44,342 nucleotides of DNA from positions 1 through 44,342 of IMG/VR virus record IMGVR_UViG_3300043406_000058. One strand, written 5' to 3'. This document shows positions 1 through 9,057 of the stretch, piece after piece; the stretch's first letter is position 1; each line of letters begins with the position of its first letter. A program made the position numbers and the translations under genes. The notes beneath the pieces are model-generated. The model worked only from the letters and a program-made list of their open reading frames with translations. It did no database searches and was not told where the DNA came from. The DNA comes from a virus. Lineage: Duplodnaviria; Caudoviricetes.

Positions 1-168
1 CCGCGCACACGCACACCGCGACCGATGTCGGCGCTGCCCCTGCCGCGCACACGCACACCGCGACCGATGTCGGCGCTGCCCCTGCCGCGCACACGCACAC
101 CGCGACCGATGTCGGCGCTGCCCCTGCCGCGCACACGCACACCGCGACCGATGTCGGCGCTGCCCCTG
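1..168 (+). repeat. 42-bp coding tandem repeat (4 exact copies, then degenerate copies to about 250)
   Basis: Unit ccgcgcacacgcacaccgcgaccgatgtcggcgctgcccctg at 1, 43, 85 and 127; same unit at 44227-44342. Confidence 0.97.
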
Positions 169-2027
169 CTGCGCACACGCACACCCCGGTGTCGATTGGC
201 GCGGCTGCGGCAGTCCACACCCACACCGCCGCTGATGTCGGCGCCGCGTCTGCGGCACAAGGGGCTAAGGCTGACAGCGCCGTGCAGCCAGCCGCGCTGG
301 CAGCCAAGGCCGACTTGATCGGCGGCAAGCTGGACCCCGCACAGGTGCCGGACATTGCGATCCAGCAGTACCTTGGCGTTGTCGCCACGCAGGCGGCCAT
401 GCTCGCCCTAGTTGGCCAGGCTGGGGACTGGTGTTCGCGCAGTGACACGGGCACCGTGTTCATCATCACCGGCAGCCCGGCCGTGATCGGCGGGTGGACG
501 CAGCTCAGCTACCCCGCCAGCGCGGTGCAGTCGGTGTGTAGCCTGGTCGGCGTCATCACGGTAGCGCAGCTCGGTGCAGCGCTGGCCGGACTCTTCGCGT
601 CCGCAGCGCAGGGGGGCAAAGCCGACACCGCGCTGCAGCCAGGCGCCTTGCCAGCCGGGACGACCTTGCCTGTCGCGCAGATCGGCAATGCCGGCGCAGC
701 CGGGCGCGCGATTCTGCAGATGGAGACGCTTGCGGAAATTCAATCCTCGGTGTCAGGGGCTAAACCTGGCGTCATTGTCATTTTGGGTTCAAGCAACGCA
801 GCGGGATGGGGCGCTGGCAGTATCACGGGGGTGGATCCGGCCGGGCCAGCCTGGGCGTCGCCACCGACATCGTGGGCAGGCTTGCTCACATCAACGCTAT
901 CCCCGCTGGGATTCTCGGTCATCAACCGTAGCGTAGGTGGTAGTGACACTGCGGCGAGTATTGCGCGTTTTGTGACTGACGTGGTACCGCATCGTCCTGA
1001 GTATGTTTTCCTGTCCACGGGCCTGTTTAACGAGCCGAACTCTCTCGGCAGCAAAGCACAGTGCAACGCCGCGGCAGTGACATACCTGCGAAATATTTCT
1101 ACGCTAGTGCGGATGTGCGAGAGCATCGGTGCGAAAGTTATCCTGAGCACAGTGACGCCGCGGAACCATGGCAACGGAGATGCTTACGCCGCAGCGAAGA
1201 GTGTCAGCATATCTCTTTGCGAATTCGGTTATCCAGTTGCTGATTTTACTTCCACGATGGATGATGGGTCCGGTGGTTTTGTTGCGGCGGCTGCTACTAT
1301 CGACGGGGCGCACGTTGGCGATGTGGGACACCTGCACTATTACTACGCGATCGAGCCGTCCTGGTTTACCTGCCCGGGCGCGCTGCGTATTCCTCACCCG
1401 GGTGTAGGCGCTATTGCGGTACAGGCCGGAAATACTTTTGATGGTCCGCAGATCGAGGTGCTGGCGCAGTACCCAATATCCTCGTGGTGCATATCCGCAA
1501 ACATCCGCGCACCCGCAAGTGCATCTGCAGGAAAGGCTTTTTTGGGCGTCTACGCTTACACTGACCCGTCGAAAACGGTTCGCGTCCGAAATCCGTCAAG
1601 TGTTTATGAGCTAGCCGCGGATGCAACAACTGTGACCTTATCGACTGTCAACCCAACAATTGACACCAGCATGCATGAAATTACTGTCCGGTACAACGCT
1701 TTGCTCGATAGCATGACATGCCACATTGACGGAATACCAATTGGTGGAGATGTTGCGATAGGCTCTGGTCGCGCGGCTACAACTGCCCGAATGTTTTTCG
1801 CGGGAGCAACAGTTGGGGGCGGCGCGACTGGGTATGCCTTTAGTGGAGCGGCGGTGTGGCGCTCACCGCTAAGTGCTGGCAGTATTTATATCAGGCAAGT
1901 TACCGGAGTTAAGGCTGGGCAGTCGATGATTTTTGATTGCGCAGCACCGTATGTTTCGGGCGTTTTGTCGAACCGTGCAAATGGTTCTGTGGCCGCGACA
2001 GTCAACGGCGCTTTTGGATTCGCTTGA
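1..2027 (+). CDS. Fibre/decoration-like virion protein: His-x-His repeats, SGNH/GDSL hydrolase domain and C-terminal beta-sandwich (3' part of a gene starting at 44115 and crossing the contig join)
   Basis: Frame open from position 3 into ORF 189..2027; repeat unit AHTHTATDVGAAPA; SGNH-like blocks ILGSSN, NRSVGG, GLFNE, DGAH; lies between portal and capsid genes. Confidence 0.7.
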   Translation, partial: AHTHTATDVGAAPAAHTHTATDVGAAPAAHTHTATDVGAAPAAHTHTATDVGAAPAAHTHTPVSIGAAAAVHTHTAADVGAASAAQGAKADSAVQPAALAAKADLIGGKLDPAQVPDIAIQQYLGVVATQAAMLALVGQAGDWCSRSDTGTVFIITGSPAVIGGWTQLSYPASAVQSVCSLVGVITVAQLGAALAGLFASAAQGGKADTALQPGALPAGTTLPVAQIGNAGAAGRAILQMETLAEIQSSVSGAKPGVIVILGSSNAAGWGAGSITGVDPAGPAWASPPTSWAGLLTSTLSPLGFSVINRSVGGSDTAASIARFVTDVVPHRPEYVFLSTGLFNEPNSLGSKAQCNAAAVTYLRNISTLVRMCESIGAKVILSTVTPRNHGNGDAYAAAKSVSISLCEFGYPVADFTSTMDDGSGGFVAAAATIDGAHVGDVGHLHYYYAIEPSWFTCPGALRIPHPGVGAIAVQAGNTFDGPQIEVLAQYPISSWCISANIRAPASASAGKAFLGVYAYTDPSKTVRVRNPSSVYELAADATTVTLSTVNPTIDTSMHEITVRYNALLDSMTCHIDGIPIGGDVAIGSGRAATTARMFFAGATVGGGATGYAFSGAAVWRSPLSAGSIYIRQVTGVKAGQSMIFDCAAPYVSGVLSNRANGSVAATVNGAFGFA

Positions 2028-2064
2028 TCCCCTGCCGGTGAGTATTGACCTCACCACAATCACC

Positions 2065-2090
2065 AAAAGCCCGCCCCCAGCGGGCTTTTT
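2065..2090 (+). terminator. Rho-independent terminator (probably bidirectional)
   Basis: aaaagcccgc-ccca-gcgggctttt followed by t, just after the stop at 2027. Confidence 0.85.
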
Positions 2091-2117
2091 CACACCCGCA
2101 CCCACGACCGCCGCACC

Positions 2118-2146
2118 TGTCACATCCCCCCCCGTGCCATGTGACA
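2118..2146 (+). promoter_or_regulatory. Putative late-promoter activator site upstream of the capsid operon
   Basis: TGTCACAT-C8-GTGCC-ATGTGACA, a perfect 8-bp dyad; matches 42103-42131 in length and architecture. Confidence 0.65.
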
Positions 2147-2170
2147 CCCCGCCGGCAAATGATCCGGCGC

Positions 2171-4156
2171 ATGCCTTCCACCCACGCCTCCACCACCTCC
2201 CCGCCGCAGTCCCTGCCGATGCAGACTCGCGAGGCGTCGATCGTCCCGTCGTCATACGACGAGGCCGAAGGGACGATCGAACTGGTGTGGACCACTGGCG
2301 CCCGCGGCATCCGCTACGACTGGTGGAAAGACGAGCAGTACGAAGAGGAGCTGCAGGTCACCCCCGAATCCGTGGACATGACCCGGTTCGAGGCTGGCAC
2401 TGTCCAGGCACTCGACAGCCACTCCACGTACAGCCTGAGCACCGTCCTCGGCCGTGCGGTCCAGGGCTGGATCGCCGACGGTCAGGGCCACGCCCGCGTC
2501 AAGCTGTCCGTGGACCCCGAAAAAGCCGGTCGCATCGCTGACATCAAAGCGGGTGTGATCCGCTCCGTGAGCGTCGGCTACACGGTGCAGCGATACGAAG
2601 TGATCGAGGCTGCTGACCGTACCGATGGCCGCCCCATGAAGCTTGTCCGCGCCACCCGCTGGACGCCGCACGAAATCAGCTTCGTGAACGTCCCGTTCGA
2701 CACAGGCAGCGCCACCCGCAGCGCCGACCCGCGCACCGAATACCCCGTCCAGATCATCACCCGCTCGGCCACCGCTGGCCGCAACCTCTCGGAGCAACCC
2801 ATGCCCCAATCCAACGCCGGCGGCACCACCACCGCCCCCCAGACCCAAGACGAGCTGCTCGCAGCCGAGCGCACCCGGGCGTCCGAAATCATCACCCTGT
2901 GCCGTGACGCTGGCGTGCCCGAGCAAGCCGCCGACATGATCGGCCAGGGCCTGACCGTCGAGGCGTCCGGCCTCAAGCTACTGCGCGCGATGGCGAACAA
3001 GGACGTCGCTGCAGGTGGTCACATCAACGTCACGACCACCCGAGACGAAGGCGCCACCCGACAGCTCGGCCTGGAAGAAGCCCTGGTCCACCGTCTCGAC
3101 CCCCGCGCCAAGCTCACCGACAACGGACGCCAGCACCGCGGCCTGTCGCTCATGGACATGGGCCGCGAGCTGCTCGATGCTGGCGGCGTCAAGACCCGCG
3201 GCATGGACCGCATGACGGTGGCAGGCTATGCGCTCCAGACCCGCAGCGCCCCCGGCTACATGGGCAGCACCGACTTCGGCGCGGTCCTGGCCAACGTCGC
3301 CAACAAGCGCATGCGCGAGGCGTATGAGCGCATCGGCGCCACCTACAAGCTCTGGGCACGCCAGGCCGCGGCCGCTCCGGACCTGAAGGACATCAACATC
3401 GTACAGATCAGCGATGCCCCCGGCCTGCGCAAGATCGGCGAGTCCGGCGAGTACACCTACGGTGCCTTTTCGGACGCTGGCAACAGCTACCGCATGGGCA
3501 AGGCCGGCCGCATCATCGCTTTCACGGACGAGATGCTGATCAACGACGACTTGCGTTCGTACGACCGCATGGTCACCGCCTTTGGTGCCGCTGCGGGCGA
3601 CTACGAAAACGAGCTGGTCTATGCCCTGCTGACCGGCAATGTCCCGGTGCAAGGCGCTGCGATGTTCCATGCCGATCACGCAAACATCGGCACCGCCGCT
3701 GCGCTCGATATCGAGGCCCTGCGCGCTGCCCGCATGCTGCTGCGCAAGCAGACCGGCGTGAAAAACAAGAGCGAAAAAGAAGCCGCCCGCCCGCTGAACA
3801 TCTCGCCGAAGTACCTGCTTGTGCCGAGCGACCTGGAGACGGCCGCGAACATGCTGACCAGCAGCAACTACGTCCCGACCAAGCAAGGCGACATCAACGA
3901 GTTCGCGGCAGGTGGCCGCAACGCGCTGGAGCCGATCGTCGAGCCGCTGCTCGACGGTGCCCCGAACCGCTGGTTCCTGGCCGCCGACTCGTCCCGCGTG
4001 GACACGGTCGAGTACTGCTACCTGGAAGGCCAGAACGGTCCGGTCATCACGCAAAAGCAGGGCTGGGAAGTCGATGGCGTGGAGCTGAAGTGCAAGTTGT
4101 ACTTCGCGGCTGCAGCCGTTGACTGGCGCGGCATGGCCCGCATGCAGCCGGCCTGA
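2171..4156 (+). CDS. Prohead protease / major capsid protein fusion
   Basis: N-terminal protease-like region (LDSH, RSVSVGY, WTPHEISFV); C-terminal capsid-like region (STDFGAVLANVANK, PKYLLVP, GWEVDGVELKCKL, DWRGM); start chosen at ATG 2171. Confidence 0.9.
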   Translation: MPSTHASTTSPPQSLPMQTREASIVPSSYDEAEGTIELVWTTGARGIRYDWWKDEQYEEELQVTPESVDMTRFEAGTVQALDSHSTYSLSTVLGRAVQGWIADGQGHARVKLSVDPEKAGRIADIKAGVIRSVSVGYTVQRYEVIEAADRTDGRPMKLVRATRWTPHEISFVNVPFDTGSATRSADPRTEYPVQIITRSATAGRNLSEQPMPQSNAGGTTTAPQTQDELLAAERTRASEIITLCRDAGVPEQAADMIGQGLTVEASGLKLLRAMANKDVAAGGHINVTTTRDEGATRQLGLEEALVHRLDPRAKLTDNGRQHRGLSLMDMGRELLDAGGVKTRGMDRMTVAGYALQTRSAPGYMGSTDFGAVLANVANKRMREAYERIGATYKLWARQAAAAPDLKDINIVQISDAPGLRKIGESGEYTYGAFSDAGNSYRMGKAGRIIAFTDEMLINDDLRSYDRMVTAFGAAAGDYENELVYALLTGNVPVQGAAMFHADHANIGTAAALDIEALRAARMLLRKQTGVKNKSEKEAARPLNISPKYLLVPSDLETAANMLTSSNYVPTKQGDINEFAAGGRNALEPIVEPLLDGAPNRWFLAADSSRVDTVEYCYLEGQNGPVITQKQGWEVDGVELKCKLYFAAAAVDWRGMARMQPA

Positions 4157-4192
4157 TCCCCACGACCACCACAGCTTACCGGAGCCATCCCA

Positions 4193-4525
4193 ATGATCAA
4201 CTACCTCCAGAGCGGCGACACCCTGTCGCTCACTGCTCCTTACGCCGTCGCCGCGGGCGCGGGCCTCCGCATCGGCTTCATCTTCGGCATCGCCGCCGGC
4301 GCAGCCTTGGCTGGTGCGCTGGTCGAAGTCAAGCGCAACGGGGTCTACGTGCTGCCCTGCGTCTCCGCCGATGTCGTGGCCGCTGGCGCCAAGGTCTACT
4401 GGGACGACACCGCCAAGACCACGACCACCACCGCGACGGGGAACATCCTCATCGGTGCGGCGACCGCCCCGAAGACTGCGGGCCAGATCGCGGTCAACGT
4501 CGTCCTGGACGCAGTCATCCGCTGA
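4193..4525 (+). CDS. Capsid cement/decoration protein (DUF2190-like)
   Basis: 110 aa directly after the capsid gene; NYLQSGDTL...GAKVYWD pattern. Confidence 0.8.
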   Translation: MINYLQSGDTLSLTAPYAVAAGAGLRIGFIFGIAAGAALAGALVEVKRNGVYVLPCVSADVVAAGAKVYWDDTAKTTTTTATGNILIGAATAPKTAGQIAVNVVLDAVIR

Positions 4526-4543
4526 CCTCAGCCTGCTCGCTCA

Positions 4544-5125
4544 ATGGCTACCGCCACCGCTGCAGCTCTTCCGCTGGCGCGATTCCGCCAGCGGATCAGC
4601 GCCGCCATCGACCGCCACACCGCCAACGCGGCGGGCACGGTCGCTGGTGCCCCGGTGCGGGGCTGTTGGCGGCGCGAAGCGAACATGGTCGGCACAGAGT
4701 GGGGCGGTCACATCGGTGGCACGCTGATCACTCTGTCAGTGGACGCGGGTGTGCTGCCCTCTGCATTTGGCGGTCACCCGCTCGTGCAGTCGCCAGCGCA
4801 TGCGTGGCACACCGGCCCCGCCCAGCCGCTCGCCTACACCGACGCGGCGGGCAAGATCATCACCGTCCCCGGCCTCGACTACACCGCTTCCACCGGACCG
4901 TTGACCGATTCCGAGGGCACGCCGCTGCTCGACATGGACGGTCGAGTGCTTGAGGGCACCGAAGTTCGACAGGGTGACCCCCTGCCGCTGCTCTCCCGTG
5001 ATACCCGCGCCATCGGTGCCCAGGTCGTCATCACCGAAGGCGATGGCATCGGCGCATACAGCATCGTCGAGGTGCGCCCCGCCGACGGTGGCCGGATCAC
5101 CCTGGTGCTGGAGGTCGCAGCGTGA
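4544..5125 (+). CDS. Head-tail joining protein (gpFII-like), possibly with an internal insertion
   Basis: Synteny; C-terminal YSIVEVRPADGGRITLVLE pattern. Confidence 0.55.
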   Translation: MATATAAALPLARFRQRISAAIDRHTANAAGTVAGAPVRGCWRREANMVGTEWGGHIGGTLITLSVDAGVLPSAFGGHPLVQSPAHAWHTGPAQPLAYTDAAGKIITVPGLDYTASTGPLTDSEGTPLLDMDGRVLEGTEVRQGDPLPLLSRDTRAIGAQVVITEGDGIGAYSIVEVRPADGGRITLVLEVAA

Positions 5126-5631
5126 GCACGTTCACCCACCTCGCCGACCACCTCGCCGACCACCTGATCAGCGCCGCGATCGCCGACCTGGTCGGCTATG
5201 GCCGCGCCTCCGCTGCCCCGGAGCTGACAGCCCGGTACATCGACGTGCAGCTCGGCCCGTCTCGCCAGCCCGAGCGCGAAATCCTGTTCGGCGTTACCAC
5301 CTGGATCACGGAAATCCGCCTGTCGCTGCACGCCCGCCCCGTCGCTGGCGTCCACCGCACAGCGATGCACGCCGCTGACGAACTGATGACCGACGTGCTC
5401 CGCGTGCTGCGCTGGGGTGCTGCGGGTGACGCCTACACCGACGGTCTGCGCGCCATGGGTGCGCAGGGCTACACCAGCTCCGACGGTGACCCTGGCATGG
5501 ACCAGGTCGCGCCGCTGCTGATCGATCGAGACACCCATGTCGCGTCCGTGCCTGTCGGCGTCATCTCCATGTCCATCTGGATCAAGCACATGACCGAGCC
5601 CGGCACCCTGACCCCGATTCAACTCCGCTGA
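5122..5631 (+). CDS. Putative tail terminator/completion protein
   Basis: GTGA overlap with the previous gene; position before the tail tube gene. Confidence 0.5.
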   Translation: MSTFTHLADHLADHLISAAIADLVGYGRASAAPELTARYIDVQLGPSRQPEREILFGVTTWITEIRLSLHARPVAGVHRTAMHAADELMTDVLRVLRWGAAGDAYTDGLRAMGAQGYTSSDGDPGMDQVAPLLIDRDTHVASVPVGVISMSIWIKHMTEPGTLTPIQLR

Positions 5632-5639
5632 AAGCCCAC

Positions 5640-5852
5640 ATGCCCCGCCCGCACTGCATCCAGATTCCCGCAGGTCAATCCGCCACGCCGCCTTGCGCGG
5701 GCGAGTGGATCGAGCGCGGCAATGCCCTCTACCCGGCTGATGCCGCTACAGCCCGCACAGCCGGCCTCGATTTCCCGCCGCCGCCGCCGTCGCCAGCGCA
5801 GACGTCTGCGCCCGCTTCATCCCCCGCGCAAGCAATCACGCCGAAAAAGTAA
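5640..5852 (+). CDS. Small hypothetical protein
   Basis: 70-aa ORF filling the gap before the tube gene. Confidence 0.5.
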   Translation: MPRPHCIQIPAGQSATPPCAGEWIERGNALYPADAATARTAGLDFPPPPPSPAQTSAPASSPAQAITPKK

Positions 5853-5861
5853 GGGACCGAC

Positions 5862-6863
5862 ATGGCCTCCGCAGAACAAGTCCTGGTCCGTGCCGTCGTC
5901 GAGACGACCTCCGGCACCTTCGTCACCCCCGCATCCACGAATGCGATGCTGCTGCTGAGCGATGGCTTTGACAGCTACAACGAGCAGGAGCAACAAAAAA
6001 TTGGGTTTCTGGACGGCAAGCTGTCGCCGGAAGTCGTCATCGCCGGTGCATCCTTTTTGAAGCACAGCGTCGTGTTCGGGGCCATCGGCGGCGGCGTTGC
6101 TGGCGGTGCGCCGCAGACTGACGCCTACTTGCTCTCGGCTGGTCTTGCAAAGACCGTGGCTGCGGGTCGCGTCGAGTACACCATTGCCCCTGCGCCAGGC
6201 GCAAACAAGTCGCTGTCCTTCGAGTCTTACCTTGCGGGCCTGAAGTACTCCGGCAAGGGCTGCATGGGCACGCTGGATCTGTCAGTGCAAGTCAACCAGG
6301 TCGGCAAGTGCAGTTTCGGCGGCTTGGCGATGGAGCAGACCGCCCCGGTCGCTGCAGTGATCCCTGCTGATTCGTTTGCTGGCTGGCGCACACCCGTTCC
6401 CGGTTCGCCGACGCGCAGCTCGCGCATCAGTCTGGCCGCGTCTGGTGGCGTCACCTACAGCGTCGGGTCAATCTCTGGCGGTAACACTTTCCTTTGGTCG
6501 TCCTACCAGCTGACCGGGGGCCAGTCCGTGGACAAATCGCCGTGGTGCGGTGGTCTCGGTCTGGACATCAACAAGGCCAATCCGACGGTCAAGATCACCG
6601 TGCTGCTGACCCCCGCCGAGGCCGCTGCGATGGAAGCCCGCTACAAGGCCGGCACCGGCATCAGCATTGGTTTCAGCCACAACCTTTCGGCTGCTGGTGC
6701 AGTGGTCCCGGGCGAGACGATCGTCGTACATCACCCGAACGCGCTCATCACCAGCCTGAAAAACACCGGCAAGTTCAACGGGCAGTTCGTGGCCGAAATC
6801 GACGCCGTCCCGAACCCGTCCTCCCCTGGACTGACCGACGGCACCCGCCTCGTCTACCTGTAA
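5862..6863 (+). CDS. Major tail tube protein
   Basis: 333 aa, RBS AAGGGA, beta-rich, upstream of chaperones and tape measure. Confidence 0.7.
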   Translation: MASAEQVLVRAVVETTSGTFVTPASTNAMLLLSDGFDSYNEQEQQKIGFLDGKLSPEVVIAGASFLKHSVVFGAIGGGVAGGAPQTDAYLLSAGLAKTVAAGRVEYTIAPAPGANKSLSFESYLAGLKYSGKGCMGTLDLSVQVNQVGKCSFGGLAMEQTAPVAAVIPADSFAGWRTPVPGSPTRSSRISLAASGGVTYSVGSISGGNTFLWSSYQLTGGQSVDKSPWCGGLGLDINKANPTVKITVLLTPAEAAAMEARYKAGTGISIGFSHNLSAAGAVVPGETIVVHHPNALITSLKNTGKFNGQFVAEIDAVPNPSSPGLTDGTRLVYL

Positions 6864-6932
6864 TTCCGGCGCAATCCGGCCCGCTGACGGGCCGGTCCTG
6901 CCCGTCGCTCACTCTTCTGAAAGCCACCACCC

Positions 6933-8276
6933 ATGTCCTCGAACGTCACGTCCTACGAAGTCAACCTGCCCGATCTGACCACCTCCGAGCTGCTGCTCGA
7001 CCTGCTCGGCCAGATCGACAACAAGCTGGCCAACAGCATCGGCGCCGAAGCCGTCGCCCGAAACAATGGCGATGTCGCGCTGAGCAGCCTGATCACGACC
7101 CTGGCCGGCCGGGTCACCGTGCTGGAAGAAACGCCTGATGTGCTCACCGAAGGCGAGCGCCGCGTGATCGAGGAAGCCCTCGACCGCCTCGTCAAGCAAG
7201 AAGGCTTCAGCTCGCTGATCGACGGCCTGAACGTCACCATCGGCGGCGTCAGCTTCAAGGCTGGCTCGGTCATCATGGCGATGCTGGCGGCCCGCAAGAT
7301 CGCCCGCCACGACTACAGCAACCGCGTCGGCTACCTGCACCGCACCTACTCGGTGACCTTCACCGATGGCAGCATCTCGCAGCTCACCGCCCTGGCCACC
7401 GAGCTGACTGCGGCCGAGCTGACCACCCTGCTGGGCCGCACCGTCGCCAACGATGGCGCGCAGTACGTGTTCGGCACGGAGGACTTCGGCGGCGTCCCCG
7501 CCCAGTTCGACCTGGTCTACGAGCACGAGTCCGTGTCCGTCGGCGGCGTCACCAGCCTGCGCCCGATCCTCGTCCGCAAGAGCAACATCGTCGCCCTGCT
7601 GCCCGGCTTCACCACCGCGGCCCCGGTGATCCTCGGCGGCGTGGACATGACGGGCGATGGTGTGATCGGCAATCCGGTTGTCACCCCGCCGGCTGACCCG
7701 GTCGCCGCTGCGCTGGTGATCCTGAACGCTGCGCTCGCTGCACAGGTCCAGGCTGACGCCGCTGTCGTGACCGCGCAAGACAGCGTCAACGCCGCCACCG
7801 TCGCCAACACCGACGCCCAGGCCACCGCCAACGCGGCACGCTCGGACGCGGAAGCAGCGGTTGCCACCGCCACGACCGCCTACACCGCCGCCCAAGTCGC
7901 CACCGCTGCCGCTGCTGCTGCCGATGCCGATGCAGTCTCGGACGTTGCCACCGCTGATCAGATCCTGATCGATGCCCAGGCAACCGGTGACCAGGCGCAG
8001 ATCGATGCGGCGCAGGACTCGCTGGCGCAGTACCAAGCTGCCCGCGCCATCACCGCCCAGGCGCTGAGCACCGCGCAGGCGAATGAGACGCTGGCCGCGT
8101 TTGACTACACGATCGCCATCCAGTCCCTGAATGCGATCAACGCCGCCGCCGCTGCCACGTCGCAGACGCTGGCCGACGTGCTGGTCGGGCTGGCTGCTGC
8201 GCAGCAGGTGGCCGGTGCGGCTGCTACCGCCGTCACGGACGCACAAGCCGTCTACAACGCCGCCCTGGCTGGCTGA
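6933..8276 (+). CDS. Hypothetical protein with long Ala-rich coiled-coil C-terminal half
   Basis: 447-aa ORF with phage-like codon bias; DMTGDGVIG motif then about 190 aa of Ala-rich helical sequence. Confidence 0.8.
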   Translation: MSSNVTSYEVNLPDLTTSELLLDLLGQIDNKLANSIGAEAVARNNGDVALSSLITTLAGRVTVLEETPDVLTEGERRVIEEALDRLVKQEGFSSLIDGLNVTIGGVSFKAGSVIMAMLAARKIARHDYSNRVGYLHRTYSVTFTDGSISQLTALATELTAAELTTLLGRTVANDGAQYVFGTEDFGGVPAQFDLVYEHESVSVGGVTSLRPILVRKSNIVALLPGFTTAAPVILGGVDMTGDGVIGNPVVTPPADPVAAALVILNAALAAQVQADAAVVTAQDSVNAATVANTDAQATANAARSDAEAAVATATTAYTAAQVATAAAAAADADAVSDVATADQILIDAQATGDQAQIDAAQDSLAQYQAARAITAQALSTAQANETLAAFDYTIAIQSLNAINAAAAATSQTLADVLVGLAAAQQVAGAAATAVTDAQAVYNAALAG

Positions 8277-8356
8277 CCCACTGACGGGTCACGCGGGCTG
8301 GCTTCGGCTGGCCCGCCCTCACAACAACAGCACAACAACGCAGGCACGAGGCGAGC

Positions 8357-8707
8357 ATGGCATTCAAGTTCCTCCGCGATTCCGAGATCGGCCCCTTCGC
8401 CGGATCCATCGTCTTCCAGGTCGGCGGGAGCACCGCCACGATCAAGACCCGGTTCACCCACCGCAACCAGACCGCGTTTGCGGAATGGGCAAACCGCGAG
8501 TGCGCGTCTGTCGCCTCCGCTGCCCAGATGGCCGCCCATGCGCTCGAAGTGCTGGCCGACTGGAGCGACATCACCGACGAATCCGACAACCCGCTGCCGC
8601 TCAACCTCGCCAGCCTGACGGACCTCATCGAGCGCCACCCGGCCGCGTATGTGAGCTGCGTCACCGGGTACGTGCGCGCCCGACAGACTGCCCTCGAAAA
8701 AAACTGA
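8357..8707 (+). CDS. Tail assembly chaperone (gpG-like)
   Basis: 116 aa ending LEKN over a GAAAAAAAC slippery site; before tape measure. Confidence 0.8.
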   Translation: MAFKFLRDSEIGPFAGSIVFQVGGSTATIKTRFTHRNQTAFAEWANRECASVASAAQMAAHALEVLADWSDITDESDNPLPLNLASLTDLIERHPAAYVSCVTGYVRARQTALEKN

Positions 8708-9057
8708 TCGAGGTCACGCGGGCGCTGATGAAGCCGCGTGACACCAGACAAGCCGCAGCCGATCTGCTGGCAATGGGGTTCGACGAATCCGACATCCAGA
8801 CCGCGCAGGACGAAGACTCCGTGCCGGTCTACCCCGAGGCGGCTGATCCCCTGCGGCTCTTCAGCGAGTTGATCACGCAGTGGCGCATGGGCCCATCTGG
8901 CCCGACCGGGCTGGACCATGCGCGCCGAGACACAGAAGCCCGCCGACTGGGGCTCCGAACGCGGCGCAAGCGCAGGGCATTCGACGGACTCGCTGTGATG
9001 GAGTCCGAGGCGCTTGCATACATGTGCGAGCAGGCAAAAAAGGCGATGACGCAGTGA
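8698..9057 (+). CDS. Tail chaperone -1 frameshift extension (gpT-like, DUF1799-like)
   Basis: -1 frame after A AAA AAC; TQWRMGPSGPTGLD...MESEAL motif. Confidence 0.75.
   Translation, partial: KKLIEVTRALMKPRDTRQAAADLLAMGFDESDIQTAQDEDSVPVYPEAADPLRLFSELITQWRMGPSGPTGLDHARRDTEARRLGLRTRRKRRAFDGLAVMESEALAYMCEQAKKAMTQ

Noticed and set aside
1-168. 42-bp repeats as a CRISPR array
   Set aside because: Head-to-tail units with no spacers, in frame within a protein, and no cas genes
25-318. ORF MSALPLPRTRTPRP repeat protein
   Set aside because: Alternative frame of the tandem repeat; the AHTHTATDVG frame is continuous with the long gene
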